Below are positions 34,993-47,755 of a stretch of DNA of 64,000 nt, piece after piece (the stretch's first letter is position 1; every line of letters begins with the position of its first letter). A program made the position numbers and the translations under genes. The stretch comes from Eremomyces bilateralis CBS 781.70. Taxonomy: Eukaryota. The stretch lies in NCBI GenBank assembly GCA_010015585.1, contig ML975164.1, one strand, 5' to 3'. The notes beneath the pieces were generated by a model. It was given only the letters and a program-made list of their open reading frames with translations. It had not been told where the DNA came from and did no database searches.

Positions 34993-35962
34993 TGTAATCG
35001 GGGAAGGAGGTTAGTCGATAGAATTTTTTAAGATCTCTGGCTTGGAAAGGATTCTAGGAGCTAGACAGGCAGAAGAACGAGTCTATCAGAATATCGACTT
35101 GTCATGAATGTCACAACATAGAATGGGGCATAGCGTGATACGAGTAGGCGAGTAGCAAAGAGAGTAACTAGCGATGCTTGATTGATAGAATCTATGCTGT
35201 TTCTGGCTTGAGACCAAGTCTCAGAGACTCAAAGACTGATCTTTGAGGACGAGAGGACTCTGTGAAGGCTGCAACTGTTTAACGAATGGAGTCTGGTATG
35301 CGATGTTCTCGCAACACCGGGTGTTTTCCATCACGCAGGGGAGGTTACTAGGCTAACCTAACTCTGTTATTTGCGTAGAGGCCAACGTGCATGGGGGTTA
35401 TACTTTGCGAAATTGGCTTTGCCAAAGTATGGACACTTCAGATTCGAACCACCCCGCTCGGTGTTTGAAAATGGTGCTCGATGTGTATGACCGCATCTGC
35501 AAGTATATCGTTCCGCTGACCTTTCCTAGCTCTCGCTGGCTCTTGGTAGTCCAAATTTTGACACCGGCTATGCTCCTGGCATTGTGACGCGTATTCGGGC
35601 ACATTTGATAAATATGACGGTGGTCGGGACCGTGATATATAATTTTATGTAAGTGGAGGAGTGAGAAATGTGTGGTTGGTTGTTTCATGCGAGAAGAGAG
35701 GATGGTTATGAGAGGCTGGTGAGAAGGATAGTGACCTCACTTGGTCCGGATAGACACATTTAGCTTATGATTATATTGCTGGTTGCTAGACACAGATATC
35801 AGATGGTATATGTTGCGCTTGCAGTATCGTACACTCTCATGTTGGTTACCAGCCAAAAAGTCATGACATCTTGACCAAGCCAGCCAGTAGAGAAACTCCA
35901 ACGATGATCAGGCAAACAGAAAACCACTCACTACCCCTCTAGTCACTTTCCTGCTCCTGATG

Positions 35963-37768
35963 CTACCCAACGCCAAAACACCTCCTCAAACTCGCTTGCC
36001 ACTTTCCCTCAGGCCCATCATCCCAAATCCCCCCGTACTTCCCCCCATCGAACAGCCGTCGCAGACCCCACGTCCCTGCCGGCTCCGCCCAGAAAGAAGA
36101 AGGCGGCCGGACCGTCAAGTCATGCGGGCACGGCTCGGCCCACTTGGTCCGACAGACGACACACGTGTTGCCGTACTCCAACCACGTGTCCATGCACTTT
36201 GCATGCACGCTCTGCCCGCACTGCGTTTTGCACCAGACGATGTCGACAAGCAGGTCGTTGGTCATCGGGAGGCTGCAGATGGGACACAGCGCATCGATGC
36301 AGTGGCGCCGGGCGATGCTGGAACAGCATAGGGGGTACGGAGGGAGGGAGAGGAGAGATGTGGAGGAGAGGAGGGATTCGAGGGACGGGGCTGCGAGGAG
36401 GGCTGCGAGGAGGGCTGCGAGGGTGTGGAGGGATGGGGCTTCGAGGTTGAGTGGAGGGGGGTCACTTGGTGATAGAACGGGAGCAAGGAGGGGAGTTAAG
36501 ACAGGGGAGTGGGGATAGGGAGGGAAGGCGGAAGGAAGGTTAACAGTGAGGTTGAGGATAGGGATGTCGGCGGTAGGCTCTGAGTGTAGACTCGTGTATG
36601 AGCCGATGCTCCCACCCCACCCACCCCCCAAATCCGACACTTCCCCCCAAATCAACACACTCCCCCCATCGGACACCCCCCCCCTATCGGAAACACTCTC
36701 CCCATCGGACACATCCTCCCAATCCAATACATTGCCCCAAACCAACACACTCTCCCCATCAGGCACACTCTCCCCATCCGACGCACCCTCCCTATCTAGC
36801 GCGTTGTCCTCCGCTGACTCAACCATATCGAACCGAGTCGGCAACAGGAACGTGAATCTGATCTGCAACGTCCCGTGCTGCGGCGGCTCCTCGAACCCCT
36901 CCGGGTGGAGCTGCTGGTAGTGCGAGATCAATGTGCGAAAACTCGACGTGATCTGGTAATATCCACCGCTCGGGACGCGAGCTGCGGAGTCCACGGTGTC
37001 GTGGATAGAGGGCGGTTGGCTGGCGGACGCCGGGGTGTCGGCGGGAGGGTGGCTAGGCGCCGAGGATTCACCGGGTTCCAGGGGAGGAGGGACGAAAACG
37101 AGGCCTCGAGGGGACGGAGAAGGGCGACTGCACCCCGAGGGAGCAGGCGCCGCACGAGGCGCAGGGGATGACGGCTCGTCCATGGTCGGCCATCCGCGCA
37201 GAAGAAAGTGTCGACTCTGGGTCCACAGCGGCTCAACGCGGGGGTTCCGCGGGACCATGGGAGCACGAGTAGCCCCCGAGGGCGCCAGCGCCGCATGCTG
37301 GGAAGCGGATGGCGGTTGAGGCGCGACCTTATGACTGCTTCGCCTCGCAAACGCGCTCCGGAATAGGTTCCGCAATCGACTTAACCGGGGTTTACGTTTT
37401 CGGGCCGGCGGCTGCGCCGCTTCCACGCCCGGCGACGCGACCAGGTCTGGGAACTGCTTGCAGAGTAAGCGCCCCCATGAGAGGGCCAGAGCGAGCACCG
37501 CGTCAGGGTCTCGATGGCCGGATTTTCTGCACATGGTGCACTCGGCGAGCTGTTGGAGTTGCTCGATTAGCTCGGAGGGAGAGAGACCGCGGGTAGAGCA
37601 GAGAGTGTCGAGGATGCGGTGGGCAGTGTGGATGTCACGGCGCCGGATCGCCTTGTGGCAGCGGTGGTCTTGGGAGGGGTCCTGGGCGATGCAAATGTCG
37701 AAGGCGCGAGGCGGGGTGATGAGGAAGAGGAGGCCGGTGAGGGCTCGGGGGGTGATTTGGTAAGGCAT
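35963..37768 (-). CDS. RING-finger protein with an N-terminal C-C-C-H module, low-complexity linker and 6-aa repeats
   Basis: CIAQ...RCHKAI...TMCRKSGH...W; C-terminal CPIC-x14-CKTQCGQSVHAKCMDTW...CVVCRTKW. Confidence 0.8.
   Translation of the reverse strand: MPYQITPRALTGLLFLITPPRAFDICIAQDPSQDHRCHKAIRRRDIHTAHRILDTLCSTRGLSPSELIEQLQQLAECTMCRKSGHRDPDAVLALALSWGRLLCKQFPDLVASPGVEAAQPPARKRKPRLSRLRNLFRSAFARRSSHKVAPQPPSASQHAALAPSGATRAPMVPRNPRVEPLWTQSRHFLLRGWPTMDEPSSPAPRAAPAPSGCSRPSPSPRGLVFVPPPLEPGESSAPSHPPADTPASASQPPSIHDTVDSAARVPSGGYYQITSSFRTLISHYQQLHPEGFEEPPQHGTLQIRFTFLLPTRFDMVESAEDNALDREGASDGESVPDGESVLVWGNVLDWEDVSDGESVSDRGGVSDGGSVLIWGEVSDLGGGWGGSIGSYTSLHSEPTADIPILNLTVNLPSAFPPYPHSPVLTPLLAPVLSPSDPPPLNLEAPSLHTLAALLAALLAAPSLESLLSSTSLLSLPPYPLCCSSIARRHCIDALCPICSLPMTNDLLVDIVWCKTQCGQSVHAKCMDTWLEYGNTCVVCRTKWAEPCPHDLTVRPPSSFWAEPAGTWGLRRLFDGGKYGGIWDDGPEGKWQASLRRCFGVG
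36625..36800. repeat. Coding 18-bp minisatellite (about 9-10 degenerate units)
   Basis: Units like ACACTCTCCCCATCGGAC encoding SDGESV/LVWGNV/SDGGSV on the minus strand. Confidence 0.75.
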
Positions 37769-38309
37769 GGTGTGTTGGGGTAACCTAAGGCACGATAGAG
37801 GGCTGTTTAAGTCTTATACCACCGGGAGACAGGGAAATCAATAAGGAGTTGCCTCTAGAACTAGATTCTCTTGTCAATAGTATCTTGTATTGTCTGGAGA
37901 ACTCTGAAAAAAACAGGCAGGTGCCATCCCAACACCGCCATTTATACTTTCCCGGATACCCCTCGACAAGAAAATGAAGGAATATCCGTCGTCGTTGACT
38001 GGTTCTAACCTCCCAACCATTCCGGGCTGGCGATGGTTAATGGACCGTTCCGTACCAAAAACCATCTCGACTATAGGGGACGAACCCCTAACCACCGGGT
38101 AAAGTTTGGGAAATTCGCGGAAATTAATACTTCCAAGTAGCTAGTTGGTCCTGGATGTCCATTTCGTGGTTCACAACACCGGTCGAAACCAAAATGTTGG
38201 CCGGGTTGTAGGGCGATGAGCTGAACGAGGGGGTACCCGAAGACCACCCATCCCGTCTCGATCCCATCCTCCCAAGCTCTTAGAATCCCATCAGCACCCT
38301 TCTGCACCC

Positions 38310-40696
38310 TCATCCACCCTCCTGATCTCCCCTCTCCGCACTCCCCAAATACCCCATACCAATCACCTCCTCCTTCTCCTCCGCGTCTTTCACCCCACCC
38401 GTCCCCCCACCCGTCCCCCCACCTTTCCCACCCGTCCCTCCTTTTTTCTCCTTAGTAGCCTTATTCTCATCCCCTACATTCCCATCCGCATCCTCGCCGA
38501 ATAGGAACGCCGACGCCTGGTTACGTCGACGGGAGGACGTGCTGAGGTGAGGAGAGAGGAACGGGCTCGCGGCGATGAAGGATTCGGGGCGGGCGGGGAG
38601 GGAGGCGGGTGCGAAGAGGGTATCGCGGGCAGTGGAGGAGATGGCGGGATTTGGTGTGGGCTGCGTAGATACTGTAGGCGTAGCGGGATGGGGGATGGAG
38701 GGGTTCGTCAGGGGCGGGAACTGAGCCGGATGTGATTTTGGAGGGTCCGCGATTTTGGGTCTCTCAGATAACACCTGTATACCCGTAGTCAACTTGTCAT
38801 CCGCAGCGACTGCTTGTCCTGAAGGTTCCGCCTGCTGTAATTGCTCTTTCGTTTCTTTCACGGGGTTCTCGTGCGCTGAATCAGGCAACGGTATCGTCCC
38901 GTCTGCCAAACACACCTGCAACACCTGAACCCGCCCAACCGAGCTCGCCAGCGCAAACGCCATCTCCGACCCTTCTGCCGTCTCCGCAATCTTCGCCTGC
39001 AAATCCCACAACCTCGCCACCTCCGTCTCCAACAAACTCGCTAACGCCTTATTCCGTTCTTCCAGCTCCTGCATCCTCTTCAGCATCGCTTGCATCTGCG
39101 CTTCGTTTCGTGGTGCGTCCACCAACCTCCCCTCCCCCACGTCCGCCGCATCATCCAACGTCGCATACCTCCCCACCGACCCCGTTCCCCGCCGACGTCC
39201 CGGCCCTGGCGACGCCGCGGGCGACGTCCCCGGTGACACGCCACGGAGGTTCCCCATCGCGTCGCGTACGGCTTGGTTGAGGCCCCATTTCTCGGAGCGG
39301 GAGAGCACACCTTTCGCGGCGTCTTGGAGGAGGGATTCGAGACCGACAGCGGTGGGGCGGTGGAGGAGCTGGCGGGGGGGTCGGGTGGGGCGGATGGCNN
39401 NNNNNNNNNNNNNNNNNNNNNNNNNNNNNNNNNNNNNNNNNNNNNNNNNNNNNNNNNNNNNNNNNNNNNNNNNNNNNNNNNNNNNNNNNNNNNNNNNNNN
39501 NNNNNNNNNNNNNNNNNNNNNNNNNNNNNNNNNNNNNNNNNNNNNNNNNNNNNNNNNNNNNNNNNNNNNNNNNNNNNNNNNNNNNNNNNNNNNNNNNNNN
39601 NNNNNNNNNNNNNNNNNNNNNNNNNNNNNNNNNNNNNNNNNNNNNNNNNNNNNNNNNNNNNNNNNNNNNNNNNCCAGTGGAGGCGGAGGATCATGGCGAG
39701 GCAGATGTGGTCGGCGAGTTGGAGGGAGGGATCGCTGGCGAATAGGGCATCCCAGATGCTGAGCACGGAGTCGAAGGGGAATTCGCGGCCGAAGAGCAGG
39801 CGCAGCCATTTCATCATGAATAATTGCGGGACGACGTCGCCGGTGGAAAGGTGTTCGGCGAGACGAGGATCGACGAGGGGGAGGTAGTCTTCGTAAACTC
39901 GTTTGATACGCACGATCAAGGGAGAGTCGAGAGATCTCGACACTTTCGGTGATCTCAAGCCGGCTGTTGGCTTTGCATCGGCGCCTGGTACCTCATAAAA
40001 TGACCTTGCGCCTTGCATTATGAGTCCGAACAAGGTAAAGCAATCATGCTCGACGAATTTTGCGTCAAACATTAAGATCGCTAGATCCTCATTCCCATGC
40101 TCTTCTCCACAGTCGACCGCATCACGCTCGACCACCCATAGGATCGGGGCCAATATCTCGTGCATGCCTTGCTTATACCCGATATCCGGACTCAGCTTGC
40201 AGAATATGAATAGGATGTCCAGCAACATCGTCGACGTCGATGGTTGACGGAAATATAGATTCTCAGGCATACATCGCTCAACATCTTGGTATATCTCGTT
40301 GCGGAGCTCCTCGTCCTTGCGCAGCGCCACCCAGGGAGACTCTTCGCTCTCGCTGAGCGGGTCGACGGCCGTTTCCACCTCATTGGGATTCTCGATATAC
40401 TTAAGGAGGTGTTCGCGGAGGGATTGGTATGCTGTTCGGGAGCTCTGCAGCGTTGATGACCATGTGTCGCGGTCTAGGGAGTTAAACAGGAGAAATGCCT
40501 TCCAGCATACAGAACGGAGGCCAGACAGGCTTGGACCTGCGGTGCCATGTTCTTTGATATAGGTTCGGACATGGTCGAGGGTTGTGAAATCATCTAACTG
40601 CGCCCAGCATTTTCTGTGTTGTCACATCAGCTTTGGAGACTTCCATTCGGGAGGGTAAATGAGCTCGGCGTACTGTGCCTCTCCCAGCGACCGCAT
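38310..40696 (-). CDS. TBC/Rab-GAP domain protein (TBC1D5/Gyp6-like); one 5' intron; spans an N gap
   Basis: MRSLGEA|QKCW...LRSVCWKAFL; EIYQDVERC; GYKQGMHEILAP; KWLRLLFGREF; IWDALFA. Confidence 0.9.
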
Positions 40697-41548
40697 ATTC
40701 CACCCCAGTTATAACCAATATACACATGCTACTGCCGGTGCGACTATAGCATGTATGGTAGACTAATAGGAAGATTAAATGAAGTTGGATTTCTGTCGGG
40801 AGATTCGGCTGGTGGCATGAAAGAGCTAGGACCGCGATAGGACCAGGATGGTTCAAATGGACTGCCAAAGTTCTGGATAATAGCGAATGAGCAACAGCAT
40901 TCAAGATTGAATAAAAGATGGCTTCTATTCTTAATCCTTGAAATGCTCTATGAATTTCAATCCGCCGCGGGTATCTATTCACATGGGGGATACTGATTCA
41001 CTGCACTCATCGATGCTACATGTACCGATATCAGATTCCTTCCAACCTTCCGATATTATATATATCTCCTAACATTCTATCTCCTAATATCTACGATGAA
41101 AGTCGCTACTACAGTTAGTACTGTACCTTAAGGTACCTTGCATGTAATAATCTAGATCACGGTCCCCTTCATGGCCAGTGGTAGTCATCACGAGCTCCTT
41201 TCCATTCTCTCCGACTAGCAGTTTCCTTCACACAGGGAGGAGAATATACCTAACATATCCTCTCCGACTCCCGTTCTAACTCCATCACCAACAATCTCCC
41301 AATCTAATCTCTCAAATTGAAGTTTGTGGAAGGCCACAGAAGCTCCAAAGGCTCAAATCAGATCGCTTGTCTCATACATGGTGGGATGTGTCCGGGAACA
41401 TTAGTGACATACCAATAACCTTTAATATCCCCCCATTCGTTGGGACGCCTTGGGACGCCTTGGATCTCTCGAAAATCGGAATCGTCTGGCCAACTCATTC
41501 CTCCTCACTTTTCTCAATCCACGGAGGAGGACGTTGACGGCGGAGCTG

Positions 41549-44034
41549 ATGGGCGATTTCAGGGCTAAACTCCAGCAACGCACCAAGCAGTTGATGCGAA
41601 GGGTGTCCAGCTCGAATGAAGAAACCCCAGGAGCGTCCAAATCCCATTCTACATCCATCCCTCCACGAACTCAAGATGCCTCCACTTCGACTGAATCTTA
41701 CACTCCCATCAACCCAATGAAACCCATCAACTCTCCATCCTCACCTTCCGTTCCCCATGATCAACAGTCTCCCTTTGCCAAATCCCCTTCCGAGGACTTG
41801 AGTGTGGCCAAAACCAGGGCTGAAGGAGGTGTCGATGTTGTCCCATCAAGCTCCACAAATCCGCGTCCGACTCCGCAGGATTTCCATGTCGATCCCATAG
41901 ATTCCTCGCCGAAGACATCAACTGCCAGCCCACAAGTCATTCGCAGAGACACCGTCGAATCGAAAGATCACCAACCCGGCTACCTCAGTGTTCCTTCGGT
42001 CCCATCACCAGCGATCACCGTAGTCTCGGGAGGTCGATTGCCTCAATTGAGAGAACTGACCTTGGGAAGTCCCACTCCGGGATCTGATCCAGATTCTGAT
42101 CCACCGCCAGCTGAACAGACATCCACGGCCCAAAACCCGCGCCGCAAGAAGCTGCAGTTTGTCTCGAGTTCTGAATCCTCACTTAAATCCAAATCGGCTG
42201 CACGAATACTCGCTGAGGCCCCGGAGCAGTTACTGAGGAAACAATCCCTAGTTTCCAGTTCGAACGCGCATTTCATCAAAACGCTTCTTGAAGACGAATC
42301 CGCAATCGCGAACCCAGACGAGCAGCAGCGCTATATCACAGCCATGACAAAAGAACTACATCGGAAGATCTGGGTGAAGCGGCCCGGAGCGTCTCCGACG
42401 CTGGTGCAGATTCGAGAGAACGACCTGATGGACGGTGTACGGGAGATGATCTTAAAAAAGTATGCAAATTCGCTAGGCCGATACTTCGACGCTCCCGACA
42501 TCACGCTCCGAATCGTCGCGAGAGACGATCCATCTTTAGAACAGACGCTGGGACCTGACGAAGAAATCTGTCGAACCCTCGATACCTACTACCCTGGCGG
42601 GCAAACTGTCGATGAGGCCCTCATTATCGACGTCCCCCATCGGCGCACGCCTCGACAGTCTCCCCGACCTACACAAATCGTCTACTACGACGACCAGTCC
42701 CGCCCATTCGAACATGGCGGCGACTACTTCCCACCTATGCCTCCGAACGTCCCCTCTCCTGCCGCAATCACCTCCACCTCCCACGAAAGCCGACACTCTC
42801 GAGATCTATCCTTATCACAAACCCACAGCAACCATAGCCACTCCCACAGCCTCGGCCACAGCTCCTTCGACCAAACCCGCTCCATGACCGTCCTCTCCAC
42901 CGGCCAAGTTCCCCCTCTCCCCTCCCCTGGCGGAACCCGACGTAGCCACCTCACCCGCCCCGGCCGCCCGGCCAACGTTCGCCAACCCACGGCTTCTCCC
43001 ACCGCACTCGCCAACCCTCACCGCTCTTCCCGCCCACACGATTCCGGCGATCTGGCACCCGCCCCTGCCATCATCTCAACCCCTCCAACCGAACACCCTC
43101 CCACAGCCGCCCAACCGACCTCCCGCCCCACAACCCCACGCGTATCATCTCCGCGACCAAAAGGCCGGCGCCGAATGAGACTTCGACCCGACGGAACCAA
43201 CTCGGCTGCCACCACACCCGCGCCCATGTCTCTCTCCATCCCGACGATCGAAACGTCCGTGCCGCCGATCAACGTGCTAATCGTCGAAGACAATCACATC
43301 AACCTGAAGCTGCTCGAGCAATTCATCCGCCGCCTCAAGGTACGATGGGCGAGCGCACAGAACGGGCGGGAAGCCGTGAACAAGTGGCGAACCGGCGGGT
43401 TCCATCTGGTGCTGATGGACATCCAGCTGCCGATCATGAGCGGGCTAGAAGCCACGAAGGAGATTCGGCGACTCGAGCGGGTGAACGGCATCGGGGTGCT
43501 GGCGAACTCGACGCCGACGCCCGGGGAGGAGAAGAGTGTGAGCGAGGGCGGTTTGGGGAACGTGGTGCCGACGTCGTTGCTCGGCGAGGATAAGGATAAG
43601 GCGGTGTCCGGGAGCGGCGAGATGGGGAGGAAGCTGAAGGAGGGGGATAAGTTGGTGGATCGGAGCTTGTTTAAGAGTCCCGTTATTATCGTCGCGTTGA
43701 CGGCGAGTAATCTGCAGAGCGATCGACATGAGGCGTTGGCGGCGGGGTGTAATGATTTCTTGACAAAGGTACGCATCTCTCTCTTTCCTCTCTCTCCATC
43801 CTCCAAGCCTGCGAGTGCACTTTGCCCTAATTTCCCCCCTTCATTTCTTACCAGCTCTGCTCACTTTGATGTCTGCTAACTGTCGCTTCACAGCCCGTCA
43901 ATTTCGTCTGGCTCGAACGCAAAGTCAAGGAATGGGGCTGCATGCAAGCGCTCATCGACTTCGACGGCTGGCGCAAATGGAAGGATTTCAGCCAGAACGA
44001 CGAGGGTGCCGAGAAGAAGAAAGAGGAGAAGTAG
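41549..44034 (+). CDS. ssk1: Two-component response regulator Ssk1/SskA (HOG pathway); intron 43769-43893
   Basis: KIWVKRPGASPTLV; PPINVLIVEDN; GGFHLVLMDIQLP; IVALTAS; GCNDFLTK|PVNFVWLERKVKEWGCMQALIDFDGWRKW. Confidence 0.93.
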
Positions 44035-44495
44035 ATTGCGGAGTTCTCGCACCACGGACCGGCATAAACGAGCATCGGTATTACTTTTTCACCCTTCATT
44101 TTGAAGCAGGTTCTTTTCATGTCATCACATTCCCCTACCGGACCTGGTGGTCCGGGATGGCGGCGTTTAATTCGCTGGTAGCGTTTTGAGGGTTGGTGTG
44201 TCATTTATGATGGGCAGCGCCTGAGGTTATGGGGATGTAAAAGTCTGTTGCACGCTCGAACACGATAAGTCTTATTTGCTATTTTCAAGCGTTTTACTCG
44301 TATCTGAACAGATGCTGTTCGGATTTGTCTTATTAGCATTCTTGATGGGGTTCTAGAGCATTTTTGCCGGGCAACAACAGGCTAGAAAGAACATGCATTG
44401 GCACTTCAAGCTCCGTCCGACGTTCTCACAATATCAGAGTCCTAAATGGCCTCTATTGTTCTTATCACCTATCCTCTACCGACTTCCAACCCCCT

Positions 44496-45257
44496 TCAGA
44501 CAGTCTTCCCCGCCTTTATCGCCTGACTCACCGCCGCATCCTCCTTAAAAAACCCCTTCGTCTCCGGATACTTCGCCACGATCAAATCCGCCACCATCCT
44601 CCCAAACAACTTACTCCCCTTCGCATTCACATGTGTATTATCCCCGCTCTTCAACGCATACGCTGTATTCACCTTTGTCCCCACCTTATTCACATACTCC
44701 GTGCTCGCCCCGTTCAAATCTATCCACCATGCTCCCGCCTTCTCCGCTGCCGCCACCGTCGCCTTGTTCTCCTCCGCGAAGGTCTCCTTCACCTTCGCCC
44801 CGTTAAACGACCGCCGCGTCAACGGCGTCACCAAGATCGGCACTCCCCCGGCCTTCTTCACTTCGCCGGCCATCTTCTGCAGGTTCGCGCCGTACTGTGC
44901 GATACTGATTTTCTTGTCGGGCTTCTGGTCATTGTGCCCGAACTGGATCGTCACGTACACCTGCTTCTTCCCCGCGACGCTCTTCGCTTCCTTGAGCACC
45001 TCGTCCCAATACCCGTCACTGCGGTAGGAGACTGTCGTGCGCCCGTTGTGGCCGAGGTTCTTCCCCGTGGCCGGCGGCTGGAGGTAGGCGAGGAAGCCGT
45101 TGCCCCAGCCGCCGCCGCCGGAGGATTGGGGCGCGGTGGTGCTGTCGCCGGCGAGGAGGAAGTGGGCGGGGAGGGCGGCGGCGTTTGCTTTGGGAGAAGG
45201 GAGGGAGAAGGTGGGGGAGGAGAGGAGGAAAAGCGGGAGGAGGGACAGGAGATGCAT
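44496..45257 (-). CDS. Secreted SGNH/GDSL esterase, rhamnogalacturonan acetylesterase-like (CE12)
   Basis: Signal peptide from ATG 45257; LAGDST; GGGWG; GHNGRTT; QFGHND; TPLTRR; DNTH. Confidence 0.9.
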   Translation of the reverse strand: MHLLSLLPLFLLSSPTFSLPSPKANAAALPAHFLLAGDSTTAPQSSGGGGWGNGFLAYLQPPATGKNLGHNGRTTVSYRSDGYWDEVLKEAKSVAGKKQVYVTIQFGHNDQKPDKKISIAQYGANLQKMAGEVKKAGGVPILVTPLTRRSFNGAKVKETFAEENKATVAAAEKAGAWWIDLNGASTEYVNKVGTKVNTAYALKSGDNTHVNAKGSKLFGRMVADLIVAKYPETKGFFKEDAAVSQAIKAGKTV

Positions 45258-46023
45258 TGTGGGCGAATTGATGTGGCCTTGAGAGTATAGCGAGGAACAT
45301 ATTTGGAGATCGATGCGGCGATCTGGTGGCATTAATACTAGTGGGGAGAGGGCGTGGCATGGGTTATATGGATGGAATAATGGATGGAATAATGGACAGG
45401 GAAAGCTTAATTTAACGCACGCTTCATTAATCTCGAGCAACACTATCACTATACCTCAGTTGATACTCTAAGAAGTTAAATCTGCCGGTCCTAATCCTTG
45501 TGCTTCCGTATTATTATTAGTTACCATCGTGATGTAGAATTGGTCCATGGTTTAGCCGCTCCTACATTCGAGGATGCCCACCTTCTCCACTGACCCACAG
45601 GCTATGGTACAACTCTTGATAAACACACCCACAGTCAGACTCAGTTTTATCGAACTATTTTGAACCTTTCCTCCGCTCCCAATATGGTCGGCCTTGCTAG
45701 CGCTTTGGTGGTGTCGATGACCGGACTGGTCGTAGAGAATGAGATGTTGGTACTTCAAAGCTCTCAGGGTCATGTAATGTTCAAGTATGGAGGGAGTCAA
45801 GCTGTACATGCGTTGAAACCGAGGGGCCCATACTTGGAAGCCAGAGGTATGAGAGTAAGGTACCAAATGGAAACATTTATATCACGAATTGTTCAATTTC
45901 AAGCTGACCTTGTGCCACTATCCTAGTTGGTAATACACTTCTCGATTGAACTTTTTGGATCTCCTGCGTTGGCTGCCCAAATTCCTGCAGCATACTGTGT
46001 CGTGCATAGGTCCGGTATTTTGC

Positions 46024-47149
46024 TCACTCATTCTCCTCAGCCTCCTCCTCCCCGCCGTCCCCTGGTTGATGGTCGGTATCATCGCAATTGATCGCACCAG
46101 AGTATGACTCGACCATGATGCATGGAAGGCACAGGCATGGCATCTTGTCCGGGGTGGCAAACCACTCGAATACCAGCGCCAGATGGGTGGCCTTCAATCC
46201 GTTGCGGGGATGGACCTCTTTGTCGCACTTCGTGCATGGCTGTGGAGGCTCAATGAGAGTAGTGAGCATGCTCTCTATCATCCTAATGATGGAATAATAA
46301 GGAGTATGCCGATTCTTCGCTTGCTGGTCCATAATTTGAATCAGGTATGACTCGGCAGTACCAGTTGTCGAGTCACAGTCACAGGCAGTTGGAGCCTCGG
46401 AGAGCTGGATGTTTTCCCGCTAGTGGTCTATAAAACTATCCTTCATAGCGGTTTTCAAATCTTGAAGTAGGCCTTGGCTGGTGTGTTAGTACCCTGTGCA
46501 TTTATCCCAGTTGAATGACTTACAGAAAATTTGAAAGTCAAAACACTCCTAGTGCCGCTCCTCGAAGTCAAAGATTGAGTGCCCCATTACAATTGCTAGC
46601 TAACGAGCATAAGCTTGGAAATTCTTCGCATCATCCACAGTATATGTAATTCTAAGCGAGTCTATCATCTCGTGGCTTGAGGGGCAAACAATATTCGCTG
46701 ACCCTGGCTTCGAGAGCGCTTCATAGCTCGGTAGTCCCGGTAGAAGTTTATACTGCTCCAACCAGCAGTCGGGTTGCGCCCTGGATGACATACATTGCCC
46801 TATACGCTTCGGCCATTTCGGTAACGTCAACCATGGCCTCCGTTCCTTCGACTTGCTTCAGCCAGCCGGGGATAAGATGAATGGCTTTGAGGAAGGATTC
46901 CATTGCCACGGCACCCTCTTCGGGGAGGTTACCATAATCTTCTTGAGGTCGGATTTCAAGACTTAGTCGCCCTAGTTGTCTTCCCCCTTCCGATCATTGG
47001 ATTCAATTTCCGGTTGATCCCCTTTCCGTTGCAACTCCAGTTTGTCCCTCAATATGGAAGACGCTCCCCTCAGGTCCGACGACCAAAATAAGATCTCCTT
47101 CGGGGTCGATAACTACTCGGTCAGAAGGATTGTTGCCGTTGTCTTCCAT
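46024..47149 (-). pseudogene. BTB/POZ protein pseudogene, copy 1 (most decayed)
   Basis: IDPEGDLILVVG start followed by loss of frame; C-terminal EWFA...MPCLCLPC matches the neighbouring copies. Confidence 0.6.
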
Positions 47150-47755
47150 GGTTCCAATTGGATGAGTCTTAAGGGCGTGGCCAATAGCCAGCAATAAGGA
47201 AGTTTTTCAGAAAGATAAAGCGAGGTTATTTGTTTGCCTTTCTGACTAACTATATTCTGTTCTATATAATATTTAAGATCAACACTCTACATAGCGGTCT
47301 CTCATGTCTGAAACGACTGAACCCGATCACTGTTTCTACAACAGGAGAAGAAAGGAATTCTATAGCTTGTGATTCGTTGGTCACACAGAGATCTTTATAT
47401 TCCTCGTTATTATAACAAGTACTACAGTCAGCTTCTTTAAGTTTGCAAACTGCTTTCTTGTACGTAACTAGAGGTTTCACAACTTCTTAGTAAGTTTGGT
47501 TCAGTACGCCAATGCCCATTTACGCGAACTTTCCGAGATCTTAGAACCATCTGACGTTGATTACAATCAGATATATCCTACCAATGGCCCATATGACATG
47601 AAACAGTTGGCAATTCCTTGACTTAAACCCTTATATATTTGGCTTATAATGCACTACTATAGTCAGAGGGGTGTAGAAAGGTACAACCTATAAGAAACCG
47701 CAACATGAAGGACCTGCTCCCAGAAGCATTCCAACAGTTCAATTTCTTTGCCAGA

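Noticed and set aside
39399..39673. Apparent frameshift in the TBC gene
   Set aside because: Falls in an N gap of estimated length, so it is an assembly artefact.
44364..45290. Long antisense ORF (308 aa), and similar shadow ORFs over the reductase, RING and TF genes
   Set aside because: Reverse-frame shadows of GC-biased real genes; no recognisable motifs.
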